A stretch of DNA of 64,000 nt, from NCBI GenBank assembly GCA_051047955.1, contig JBPGPT010000016.1, positions 310,001-374,000 on the forward strand. Reading direction: 5' to 3'. Source of the stretch: Cystobasidiomycetes sp. EMM_F5. Lineage: Eukaryota. Made by a program: the position numbers and the translations under genes. Shown here in pieces: positions 12,010-24,591 of this stretch; position 1 is the first letter of the stretch; each line of letters begins with the position of its first letter. Under the pieces are notes generated by a model. It had not been told where the DNA came from, did not search any database, and saw only the letters and a list, made by a program, of their open reading frames with translations.

Positions 12010-13189
12010 TCAGATCAGAGTTATACCCCTCGCGCTACAGATCTGGTGTACTTCATGCATGTCTACATCGTAGTGCATATCGATGGAACACCCTAGGTAT
12101 CGTAAATTAGGCAGCCAATTTGCGTTTGCCAGAGCTTGCGAAAGATCCTGGCAAGTATACGATCGGTATGTCCGCAGCTCTACAAGGGATTCCAGACTCT
12201 GTAGTGCTGTCAAATCGATCTTGCAGTTGATAACGTGTAGCCTTGCGAGTTTTGGCAGCGATGCAGCCAGTTCCAAACTGGTGTCCATATTCCACTCGAT
12301 CTTCTCTGCATGCCCGTTCCGCTGCGACGCGTCCAAAATCAGAGTTTCCAAACTCATCCCGCATGCTCGACACAGAAGTAGCACCGCATGTAGTACTGCA
12401 GAGTCATTGGAAGTGACTTCTAAGTGTGACAATTGCGGTGCGTGAGATGCGATGTAGTAGATGATGCCTGTAGACACGACTCTGTCACAATTAAGAAGAA
12501 TCAGTCGTTCCATGGCCGAGAATGACACGTCCTTGCAGTAAAACCATGTCGTGCAGTCGGCTCCAGTCTCAATGCTGAGCGAGACGAGCGAAGCAGCACC
12601 GTCGATCAGTATTTCCATGAGCGATTGCATGGCGTTTGTCAGATCGGCTGCCTCGTCCAGGTCATCCAGCGTAGCATCGAGGCTGGCTGTTAGATGTTGC
12701 AGCCGACGGCCACTAACGAGCTGTTCGATTGCAGCAGATCCGTCCCACATTGGCAAGTATAATTCTAATGGCACAAAGACGGCTTCCACAGTCGTCTTGC
12801 CTCTATTGCCAGACGTAGCACCAGCAGCTGCACCAGACTGAGGCGCAATCGTCACCGTCTTCGCCTGGCGCATGAGGTGCTTCAATCGTGTCGAAAATGG
12901 TGCATTATTCCCTGCACTGGCGAGAGCTTGTAGGCTTGGCAGACTCATGAATACTGAAGGCAGGCCGAGATGGGTGACAACTTGGCATATTGTTGAGCAG
13001 GTTGTGGCGTAAGCTACGTCCGCGTCAGCTCGCTGTTCAAGATACTGCGGGATTGATACACTGACTGAGATGCGGTCCTTCTAGTTGCCGGAAGATTCGG
13101 AGAAGAACGTCAAATGGTAGGTCAAGGAGATGCGTCTTCTGTCTGGTCGCAGCGGTCGTCTTAGGCGTGGTGACCCGGGACGCCTGCAT
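12010..13189 (-). CDS. F-box / LRR(RNI-like) protein, paralog of 10475-11743
   Basis: A first exon missing from the ORF track (ATG 13189) reads MQASRVTTPKTTAATRQKTHLLDLPFDVLLRIFRQLEGPHL. After an intron at the paralog's position it continues YATTCS into ORF 12010-12948, ending WLPNLRYL...ICSARGITLI. Confidence 0.75.
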
Positions 13190-13522
13190 GATTGATGTCT
13201 TCGAAGTCGCCGGGTAGACGGTGCTGATATAGAACGAAGAGTACTTGAGTGCGAGTTCAAATCAGCCGAACCATGCCAGCGTCCCCGAGCTTGACGGGAC
13301 CTCGGTGACGGGCGGCTCGTGCGTTTGGCAGTACAATCTGCGACTGTGTAGAGGAAGCATATTTGCAGGACTCTCTGCTGTCGTGTTGAGCGTCAGTGGG
13401 CAGGTCTCCATGCATATGGCTGTCTAAGGTCCATCCCATATTCGTTGCTCTGTTCGAGTCGCGACAGCAGCTTCCCTTCCACTTCATCCAAGCGCCGGCC
13501 GACTGCAGCAGTACTAAGTATC

Positions 13523-14595
13523 ATGACAGATTTCAAGCACTTCACCTCCAAGACTGTGCGGGTCAACAGCAAAGCTTGTGGTAGTCTGAATATTCACACC
13601 GTAATCGGTGGACCGGAGACCGGGGTCCCGCTTGTATTGCTCCATGGGTGAGAAAGTGGGCCAGGCATTGCGACAATGCTCAAAGTATCACTCTAGATAT
13701 CCACAAACACATTATATATGGCACAAAATCGCAGACAGGCTGGCCGAAGCCGGCTACCGAACACTGTTGATGGATCTCCGAGGTTATGGCAAATCAGACA
13801 AGCCAAGAGCGAGCGAAAGCCATATCGAGTATTCCAAGCGAGAAATGGCAAGCGATGTAGTGCAAGTAGCGTAAGTCTTCGCTCCTCCTTTCGGTAATCC
13901 ACCAGCCCATCACAAAGTATGGCTGAGTAATGGAACAGACAGCATCACGGATTCGACAAGTTTAATCTGGTAGCTCACGACAGAGGTGCTCGAGTAGCGC
14001 ATCGCCTCGTTCTCGACCATCCCGACAAGGTTTTCCGTTGGATGAGCCTCGACATTTGCCCCACATTATTCATGTTTGAAACTACAGACATGAACTTTGC
14101 AACAAAGTATTGGCACTGGTTCTTTCAGCTCTTACCTAATGCCGAAGAAATCATAGCGGGTGCTCCTGAAGCATTCTTCAAGACTGCAACACGAGACTTT
14201 CCGTTTGCACCTGCTGCCCGCAGAGACTATTTCCAAGCCTTCTCATCGCCAGAAGGGCTGCATGGGGTGAGCAACAGCGGCTAGAAGTGAAGAGTCTGAC
14301 CTAAGCTCATTTTTTTCAGTCCTGCGAGGATTATAGAGCGGCAGCGACTATCGATCTAGAGCATGACAGGGAGGACAGGGAGAAAGGCAACAAGATCGCT
14401 GTGCCGAAGCTCCATGTCTTGTGGGGAAGCGATGGTCTGATTGAGACGTATGACGACGCCCTTGCTGTATGGAAATCGTACTGCCATGACAGCGTACAGG
14501 TAACAGGCAAAAGTATGCCCACTGGGCATTACATTTCGGAACAGGATCCGGAGGGCACATTGCAGGAAATCCTAAAGTTCGTGCCATTGAAGTAA
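13523..14595 (+). CDS. Alpha/beta hydrolase, haloacetate (fluoroacetate) dehalogenase family, 4 exons
   Basis: LLHG|YPQTH, DLRGYGKSDKP, YSKREMASD, AHDRGARVAHRLVLDHP, LDICPT, YWHWFF, CEDYRAAATIDLEHD and TGHYISE. Confidence 0.88.
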
Positions 14596-14818
14596 ATCAG
14601 CCGGACCGGATGTTAGACGATGAAGAGGGCCAGATATACAGAAAGCAAAAGCGGGCAAGAACAAACAATGAACTGTCTTCTAGTCAGCGCAAAGGGACAA
14701 TACAAGAAGATGATCATTGTCGTTTCACATGAACAGAAATGCGTCACGCACAACATGAACGTATCGCGCACGTGTAACGACTAGTGTTTTGCACTTTATC
14801 ACAGGACTTATTCAGCCT

Positions 14819-17800
14819 TTAATGATGCGTAGCATATCTGTTGGTGATACCAAAAACGCTACCGGATCTGCTGATCCTCCTAGGACCGGCGTCTGCGAAG
14901 AACCTCTCAAAAGGCGTATTTGGGAACAGCTTGTCGTAGTCCGTCCCATGGAGCAGTCGAGTCGGACTAACGGACAAGCCTGCAGAAGGTGGAGGGGACC
15001 AGTGATGGCCAGCGCGAGCGGTAACATTCAGCGGTGGCGGGAGGAAGCCAGCGTGATGCGATATGGGAGCAGGTCGATTCGCAAACATACTTCCGACAGC
15101 CTTAGTACTCTGCCCCGAGGCCATTGTTGGAGGGAATTGCTGTGGCGTCGGCAACGTGCGACCCGCTGTGGGCAAGAGATTGATCCGCATGCCTCCGACC
15201 ACTGGTCCAGTATCATTCGTTGTGTCATTGCCAGGCAACCCTGCGGGAATGCCCACGTACTGTATGCTGGAGTCGCCCGTAGAAGCAACTATGTTTCCAG
15301 CAGAAGGCGTTGCTGCACGGGCTCCTGTAGCAGCGACCGCCGAGCCGGGAGGGGGCACCATAATTCTAGCTTGACCTTGATTGGACTGAGCTTTGTGCTG
15401 CATGAGGAAGTACTGATGCATGGCAGAAGTCGTACCGCCCTCTCCAGAAGCCGCATTCCGAACATGATTGAGGTCGGAATGATTTGGAGAAACGCCAGGA
15501 GTGTGAGACGCTAGCGGAGGCGACGGGAACGTATAGGTTTGAGCACCTCGCTCAGCTTCTCCAGGCTCTGTGTCAAGCGACTGCGAGCTCGGGTCGTGCT
15601 CAGCATTTTCATTCTTGTCAGAACTGTCGCGGCTATGCGCCATGTCAACGGATTTGGCCGCATCCGCCTTGTTGTCTTCGAATTTGGCGAGCTCTTCTGC
15701 TGCTTGAGCTTGTTGTCGCTGGAGTTTTGGTTGCGATGCTTGCTGCTGAGTTTTCCTCAACATCTGGTTGAAGATGCTTCGAGCGGTCTTGGGTGTCTCG
15801 AGAGCTGATTGAACGCTACTGCCTGCAGTAGAAGGTAGAGATGCACTGTCGTGCACAAGACCGGGCATTCCGAAGGGTGGTACGTCAACCGAGAGAGGAG
15901 ACGATGTCGACTGACGTTGCTGAGCGGTGGTGCCAGCTGTGCTAGCGCCCAGTTTGACGGACGCATCAGCTTTATGGGTATCAGGGGCTAGGACGGTCGC
16001 CCTTGGCCGTTCGGTACTCTGTGTGCATGTCACGGCAGCCATGTTGGAAATTCTGGTAGAGTCCGTTTGAGATGCTTTTGGCATTTGTGCGTTAGAGCCA
16101 TGCAGCATATGCGTCTGAATACATTCGGCGGCTGTAGCAGGCCTTTCTTGGGCAGCGTTCAGTGCTTGGAACTGTTGTCCGTACGACGAAAACATGGGAG
16201 GAAAAGCATATTCGATCTGACGACCGGCCTGTCCAAAGTTGGTGACAGCATTGTCAGCATCTGTCTTGAAGTCGTTATTGGAGTCGGCCTGCGCGATCGA
16301 GGGCGTTATGCTGAAGTGCCCTTGCGGGTGTCCTGCAGCATTCGCACTAGCAGTCGTAGAAAAGCCAGATGCTCCCGGAATGGCGAAAAAGTTGGGAGTG
16401 ACGGGTGATGGGGCAGATGTCGCGCGGAGACGTTTTGCAACGCGTCCAGCGAGAGATGTGTCAATACTTGCAGGCAGAGGCTTGCTAAGATTTGGCAGAG
16501 CGGAGAACATTCCGAAAGGCGCAAATGACAATGCACCAGAAATGTCAGCGGTGTTTTGCAAATTCATCGAGTTGTCGAAACCGAAAGGCAGAGCAAACGG
16601 CTGAGAGACAGTCAGATTTGGCGGTAAGAAAGCTGAGCCGGGCATTGGGAGCTTGACGTCCTTCCGAGGCTGGCTTCCAGGATGACCTTTTGATAATTTG
16701 GCTTTGCCTGATCGCGATCGCGTACTCGATGATGCGTCTTCGAGATAAGTATCATCGCCCTCGTCGCCCTCTTCCTCTTCGTCGTCCTCCGCACTTGCAC
16801 GCTTGCGCTTCGTGACAGTGTTCTTCTTGCCGGTGGCTCTGATATTCCGGCTCCTCGTCTGGACGGATCCATCGCTGGATATTTGGACTTTACGTCTGTC
16901 TCGAATGCGAGGGGTACAGTGCGCTTCTTCCAGATCGCAATACCAATATGCTCCTTTCTGCATAATCGTTTTGCCACATACAGACACTCAGCCAGACGAG
17001 CCGCCAAGGTGGTGTAGCTGATGACTCACGCCTGGGTCCAGAACGTGTCTGCCCTCCTTCTTGAAGCATAGGTTGATCGAGAGGTTATGTCGGATCTGTC
17101 AAGAGAACATCAGTCAAGCGTTTTATACAAATCGGCAGTCTGTGCCTTACCGAGTTCTTCCAGCCTCGTGACTCCCCACTAAAATACGGATATCTCTGTT
17201 CCAGTGTGTCGTAGAGTTCTTGAAGGGTCAATTTGCCCTGCTCACTGCTAAGAAGTGCGATGCGGATTACTAGAATCAAAGTGACACAGATTGACAGGAA
17301 TATTTAGCTAGCGAAGCGACTTCTGGGCAGGAGGGACGTTTCATTTACAGAGGAGATATGGATAAGGTGGTTTTCCATGCGGTCCATCGGCACCATCCTT
17401 CAAATCCCATAGCGAAGTATTTCTCTCATCCAAGATGCCATAATTTGCAGGTTCGGAGCAGTGGGGCAAGCGTTTCAAATTTGGTTTAATATCCTCATCT
17501 TCGGAACTCCCGGCGGGGACGACACCTGTCCCATTTCGAAACGCATTCAGCGCTTCGACAGACTGACGAATCGCATCTTGATTCGACCCAAGCGGCATGT
17601 TATGCATGAAGGGGGAGTCAGTAATGCTGTTGATGCCGTTCGAAGGAGCAGGCCTCAAGCTAAGCGACTGGTGAGAAAGAGCAGGAGAATTTGCATTGCT
17701 AGGCACATTAGTTCCGGGTGTGGTATAGCGCGTTGACGAGGTGTATGCAGGTAAACCTGGGATGTAGGAGGTGAGATGAGAGCCATTGGAAATGTTCATG

Positions 17801-18099
17801 GTCCCATTGCGGAGCAGCATGGAAGAGGACGCAGTGGACGAGATATTTTGCAGTGCTTGGGTAGGATGTCCGATGTCGTCGCGACGCTGGGGTACGAATG
17901 GCGATAGAGACCTAGCAGCTCGAGCTTGCTTTTCAGCAATCTCCAGGGATGAACAAGGGAACTGGGAAGAGGAGCCTTGCGGCAGTGGCAGCGTGGCAGT
18001 ACTCGGACGAATGAGTCGCGAGGACTTGTCCGACGCGTTCTGATCTGGAAATAGGAGGGTTGGCAAGCCAGGGACGAACGAAGATATTGACGAGGACAT
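14819..18099 (-). CDS. Forkhead (winged-helix) transcription factor
   Basis: Spliced domain KPPYPYLL|VIRIALLSSEQGKLTLQELYDTLEQRYPYF...GWKNS|IRHNLSINLCFKK...PG|KGAYW with long low-complexity flanks. A probable 5'-UTR intron lies at 18112-18268. Confidence 0.9.
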
Positions 18100-19100
18100 G
18101 CTGCTGTATGTCTGCAGATGAACGCAGTGATAGATAATAGCCAATGTCAGTCCCGCAGTCCGAATATCATAATGATCACTCGTCGTCTTACCGCCGCCGT
18201 TTGTTCGGATTGATGACCAGGATATCGGATCGCACGATACCGAACGATACAGACCAGCGTACACGTACGTGCAATCGCGACTAGAACTGCCCTTCTTGAG
18301 TTGTTACAAATGTCGCGTACGTCGAGATGGAAATGTCTGCCAAACCAACAGTCAGACCGAAGACTTTGGCGAGGTTTGGAGTCGGATTTGCGATGAGCTC
18401 AGAGGAGACCGACACGCGCAAATGCAGAGACGGAAGGTTACAGTCACTACACAAAGGGGCGTTGTATACGTGTGAGCTGAGCGCGTGGACTGAGCGCTGT
18501 ACGGCGACGTGACACGGGTAGCTTTCAGTTCTTCCAATATCGTTGCGGAGACGTTGGCAGAACTTGTCCGGTTTCGAGGCGGCGCACACGGTCAGCAGCG
18601 CTGGCAATCGCAGACGGCCGCTTGTTGACCGACGCTGCTTCGAGTCTGGGCGTGACCAGCATCCATTCCTGCGGGCTTCGTGTACCCATCGTTGACTTCG
18701 TTGAAGCCCTTTTCGTTAGCGACCAAGTGTGTCAGTGCGACAGCGTGGCCAGTCCGAAACATTTAGCTTTCAGTTTGGGCAGGACGTGTGCGTTGTCAGT
18801 GCATGTGTAGACTGTCCAGACCTGGGATGCCAGCAATCTGTCATGTCCCGACAGCTGTCACGATAACAGCGCCGACTCAGTCCACGCCGAATGGAGAGGC
18901 GTGACTGAAGCCCTGTCTTCCTGCGTAGCCGAGTAGGACATATCAAAGCGCCGACCTGTGGATGTCTCATGGTTTCAGCATGAATACGAAAGAGCGTCTG
19001 CGGTTTGTACAGAGCCAATTGCAAGATTGACCGGTACTACCTCTGACACATTATGGACTGTTCTTTGCCGAGACTCTATCTTGCTAGAGTAACGTATTGC

Positions 19101-22100
19101 CTACAACAACTGTCTCCTGAACTTCTCTATCCTGTCAGATTGCTGCCGTATAGCGACTCTCAATCCCTCCTGGACTGCTTCGATATCCTGCCTGCGCTTC
19201 TCCGTCTCGTCATCCAAATCAACAGCCAAGATCTGATCAAAGAGGTTGTAAGGAAGATAACATCCCGCACTTTTGGGCGCGCTAGAATTCCCTGCATCTT
19301 GCAAAACAGCCTTTTCAAAGTCTTCGCGAACGCTATTGAGCAGACGCATAGCCAGAGTGCAAGCCTCCTCAAGCCTGTCGTACTCGACAAGCTTCCAAAT
19401 CAAGTGTTCGGGGTGATGGCGCATGAACCATTCGGTAAGGAATCGGGGAAGTCGGCTCCAGCGGTCAAGGCGGAGGATGGTGTCCAGTACCGCCCGGCGG
19501 CCATTGCCAGTAATCGGACTGCATGGGGTATCATCGTACCGTGAAAGCGAGAGCTCCAATAGCCTCCATGCTCTGGAAGGCAAAGACCCTTCCCATTGAC
19601 CAGCCTTCGGATCATTCGTGATCCACTCAATATTATCACTGTTGTTTCGAATCGAAACAGCGTTAGGATGATAATTTGCTGCGCAATGCGAACAGTGACG
19701 TACGTGGGCGATTCCGAGCTGTAAGCTTGAGCACGACTTAGCTGAATGCACCTGCTTGCCATCTGTTCGAATATGGGTGCCTTTTCAATCGAGAGAGCGA
19801 GTGCGGTCTGTAGAGCCATCTCGAATAGTGCGACTTGCGTAAATAAGGCGACTACACCCGTCGCGTCTATGTGATGGCCTAACAATTGTCCGTAAAGTCA
19901 GTCAAATGATGCAAACTTGCTGGCCCTGTTGCTTACCTGTCCTCGCCAATTCGGGGAAATGCTGCGCCAATTGCAGCCTACTCAATACCAGAGTGTATTC
20001 TCGCTCGATAAATGATAGCGTTATCCTAGATGGATCAGGTACCGGAGCGTCCAACACCCGTTGCCGCTTGCGGGACTGATCCAAAAAGGAGGTAATCAGA
20101 CGACTAATATTGCGATCTCCGCGCCAAGGGCACTCACAGACGAGTTGTCTCCCGCCGTTGCCTTGACATCGATCAGAATCCATTGTTTATCAGGTTGCAC
20201 TAATCGCAGCGAGTTGATGGCGGCAAGATAAGATTGACATTGCCATGCCAAGATTTGCGGAGCATTGACAGAGTCACTCATACTGGACAGACGCTTAGCG
20301 CGTTGATACATAACCGCCGAAGCTGTTCATAACGTGTAAGATTAGCATGTGCGATGCGTGAATAAAGATCCATATACGGACCGCTGCGATGGTCGATGCG
20401 GGAGGAATGCCAGGCGTAAAGAATCTTGTAGTAATCGGGTGGAGCTGTAGGATCAGCGTTGCGAGCTCTGAAATTGAGAATCTTTTCGACCTCTTGATGC
20501 AGGCTAGCGAACGGATATGCCAGCAGTACGTCCGCTTGGCCTGCATCGCACATTGTCGCGATGAGATGCCGCAGACAGTCGCGTTGACTGATCATCATTT
20601 TCGTTAGTACGAAGGAAGGTCTACTGATGAAGCGGGTGTGACTGACGTGTCTGCAAAAGGCATACTGGCCATCATTGTGTAGGCCTCGTCGAAGGCGCCG
20701 CTTGAAGTATAAGCCCGGAACGCCTTGTACCATGCGTCCTTGAGCCACGCGGAAGAATCGCCTTCATTGTGTTTCTGAGCAGCGTGAGCATCAATGGCAA
20801 GCTTGAAGAACCTTGCAATAGCAACTCCAGAGTGATTTTGTTCAAAAATACCAGCCACTAGCCTATAGTAGGCATCAAGCGATGTGCAGTCCTCAGAGTC
20901 GACTATGCGCGTCAATACTGACAGGCTTGAGTCATTGACATCTAAAACACTCGAGGCGTAAGTATACGGTCGTTGACGCTTCCCGGCTCTGACTCACATA
21001 TCGCTGCAGCTACTTGGATGAAAGCTGCTTCGGCGACATCGCCATCACCTCGTTCGATCGCTATGAGGCCCTGTAAATGAAGGAGGGCTGCATTATCTTC
21101 TTCATCCGGATGCATGGCGATCACGGACAAGGCTTCTAGGGGCAGTTGACTTTGCCGTAGCGTTGCAGCAACCTGTGCTGTAGATAGGGCACTATACTCA
21201 TCTTCGGCCGAACCTTTTTGTAGTTGATTGCCGACCAAGCCGAGGCTACCAATGAGTGACGTTGCAGATGACAACATCTGGACCAGCGAGTCGCTCGCTC
21301 TTTGCATGCTGACGTGGTATGGCATGCTTTCCGTAAGAATACGCAAAACTCCATCCGTCCTCCCGCCATAGGAGCCTGCGCTATGACCTCGTGAGGACGA
21401 CGGAGCTTTCCGTACCTGTAGACTCGATAGCCGATTCAGCAAGCCTGTTGGTGAAGCTGATCCGGCGCCTCCATGACGCAGCTCAGGCGCTGCATTATCA
21501 AGATCCAGGTCTGTCATGGCGACATTGTGAGACGCCAAGTAGTTGGCGGTGTTAAGCGCGCGCAGAGTGCTGCAAGCTGCATCGAGCACATCGCTGACCT
21601 CGTCTTCCGTGACAAGCTCGCTGTCTGTGACCGATGTATCGGGGTCGGGATGTACCAGCTCTCCTTGCACAAACAATGATAATACGAGCATTGCCAGAGC
21701 CAGACGGTACCGGGCAGCGATAGCTGTGGATGCCAAGTCTACAACGAGCTGAGTTGCTACCGTGCTTGCAGGCTGGTGATCCGTCGACTCTTCTGCAATC
21801 GTTTTGTCTGTCGTTGTCAATAGGTGGAGAGCTTGCGCGATGATTGATGCGAGACTTTGGCTAGACGAAAAGCTGGACAGGGCTTCGGAGGTGCGCATCT
21901 GGAGTGCATCGTCGATGCAGGGTTCCAGATGACTTTCGTACAAATCGGCAGCTACGTCTTCCAGAGAAAGCTGCAGGGGTGCGGTGATGACTGACAAGGC
22001 TGCTTGCTCAAAATCAGATAAAACCGAGCTGTTTGCGTCAGACAAAAGAGCTTGGGACAAGGATGCGGCCGTTTGGAAGACTGTGCGTACGACATCTGGT

Positions 22101-24397
22101 ATCCGACCGTTATTCGTAGATTGAGCGATGCCGACTATGCCGTATCCAGACGTTTGCAGCAGATTTACCAGGTCATCGCTATATGCCGGCAAAATGACGG
22201 CTTCTTGTGCGAGACCCAGCACGATGTCAGGCAATTTGGAAGCAGATGTACTGTGTAGCGCTGTCAAAGCCAACGGAAGCGCTGCTGACCGTCTGGCCTC
22301 CTCGCACAGTGCTGTGAAGCGTAGCCACTCGCCCTTGAAACGTTTGACGTATTCATCCTGCTTGAGACCTCCTGTATCTGGATCGACCTCGACTCTGACA
22401 TGTGACGATACGTAATCAAGGGCTTGTTGTGCTAACGAAGTGTTCGATGGCAGAACTTCGGCATTCCGCGTTATGCTCTCTATATATGCGAGTAGAGCTG
22501 CGGCCGTGCCAGATGTGGGGAAGCGGCGTGGAGCTGCGAATATGTGCTTAAGAAAAGATTGAACAGCTGCTTGTTTACACAGGACTGTCAGCCGGTGAGC
22601 AGCTTCTGCTTGCGAGCTGACTTGTTCTGATCCTGCAGAGTCAGCTTGGGCTTCCATCCGCTGCGTAATGAGCAGATCGAATTGCGCGGCCACTGCATCA
22701 AGCTGATCGACATCTTGACAAGGTGACCGGATGACTGTCATCCATTCCGAGGTGCTCTCTTCCGCTGGACTAGCTTCCCTTGTATCAGTTTTTGGAGAAG
22801 CCATAACGAGTGCATCCGACGGCACGACGATGTTCGTACGACGGAGCACAGACGTCCCATCTTCGCTCCATAGAGTCCATAGGTCCACTGAAGATAGAGG
22901 CTGCGAGGCGGTAGTTGCCGACTTGACGGTTATGAAATCGGCCAAATGCGTATTGTATGCTGTAGCAGACGTAGAATTGTTGCTGTCGATAGAAGAGGAG
23001 TCGGTGTCTAGGGCAAAGTCGCAAGGCTTTTCAACAAGTGGGTAAATCGATTGAATGCTGCCCTGCACGTCTAGCGAGATGGCGTACAGGATGAAGAAAG
23101 ATGTCTGCACATTTGCCGTCGGGATGTATACGAGCAAAGCAGGTTGGGTGAGGACTCCAGATGCATCGATAGCGAGTGAAGGTATGAAGCGAAGCAAGGG
23201 CCGCGGGTTTTGCGCTAGCAGTCCAGCTGTAGCCTCCCCGGTTGCATTGGGGGCTGGCGTTGCTCCCCTGTCCGAAGCGCCTCCGATAATGGGGACGATC
23301 TCCATAGTCTGAGGTGATGTGGGAACAGATAGAGTTTGAATACAAGCGCGGCTGGCCGTCGACCACGCCTTCAGTTTTCTCTCGCGGGATATTGTGAAGA
23401 TGTATTCTGGCAAGAGACCAGACGTATCGGCGACCATTGACACTATCTGACTAGGTGATGAAGATACACTGGACGAGACCAGCGGCCGTGCAGAGTATTG
23501 CTGCTGGTATTGATACGATGGACCACTTCGAGCAGGTGATGCTATCGATTGAAGTCGCGAAGAAGAAGAGGAAGACGCAATGAACCGCGACGGTATCCAT
23601 GACCTCAGAAGAGCTGACCCGAGAGATGCATCTGGACGTAGCTCGTACTCGTAGAATCTATGTTCTTCCGCTATCCATTGTAAGCAGGCCAGCGTACCAT
23701 CCGTTGTTGCGATTGCCAGCCCTTCGGCAGGTTTCGATACATTCCCGAGGGGAGATACCAATATTGCGTTGGAGTATGAGAAATCCGCATCATATGCCTT
23801 ACCTAGTAATACGGGCGAGGAAACAGCATGTTGCGTACACCAGTTCTCAGGCAGCGGCTGTTCTGCATGGAAAAAGGATGGTGCTTCGAATGCTATCCTG
23901 TAGCAGATGGAAGGTCCAGTAGTATACACTAGCAACTCGAGGCTGCCCGTGTCAGAAGAATACGTTATTGATAATCCAGGAATTATCGTTCCTGCAAATG
24001 CCAGCCGGACGGGGGTTTCATCGAGCTCGAACTCGTCGTCATCCTCCGAATCATCCTGCATGCTGCTACTGCCATCGTTCGCGTGCCCGCCTTTCACGAG
24101 CTTGAGCCAGCGTAGCTCTAGCGTATGTCCAGCGTGCAGCACTCTAGCTAGCACCGAAGCTTGGGGAAGAACGGGCACTGCGACGGCATAGGAAGCGCAA
24201 TTGGCAGTAACGCTGTCCCTTGCTGAGTCTGCGTCGCCGTTGTAGTCTTGCTCATCGTGCTTTGCACTTGTTGACGGCACAATTATTGTCGCAACATCTT
24301 CCAGTCGACCACTCCGCCCGCGAGTACTGTTGTCCAGATACGCCCAGCCAGCTATGACTGACCTGCCATACGATGTAGACGCTTCATCCGATGACAT
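19101..24397 (-). CDS. Nucleoporin Nup120/Nup160 family
   Basis: Large multi-exon protein with a propeller-like N-terminal region (FTISRERKLKAWS) and a helical C-terminus containing LNFRARNADP...DYYKILYAWH...MYQRAKRL, CQSYLAAINSLRLV and IEREYTLVLSRLQL. Confidence 0.82.
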
Positions 24398-24591
24398 TTG
24401 CGAAAGTCAGATATGGTGGGTGCACGGTCAAACAGTAGGTTCACGTCGAGTAAACAGCAGAGACACTTGTATTGATGCTTCAGAATTTCTACAGCGTGTA
24501 ATGGAGCTAACAAATCGATTCTAGCCTATGGCTACACACTCTGGTGGATGGAAAGCGACCTTTCGTCTTGGCTTTAGGTGTATACATGACT

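Noticed and set aside
14789..16604. Long plus-strand ORFs antisense to the forkhead gene (similar ones lie opposite GRP94, kinesin and Nup160)
   Set aside because: Shadow ORFs are expected opposite GC-rich coding sequence, and these have no recognisable motifs.
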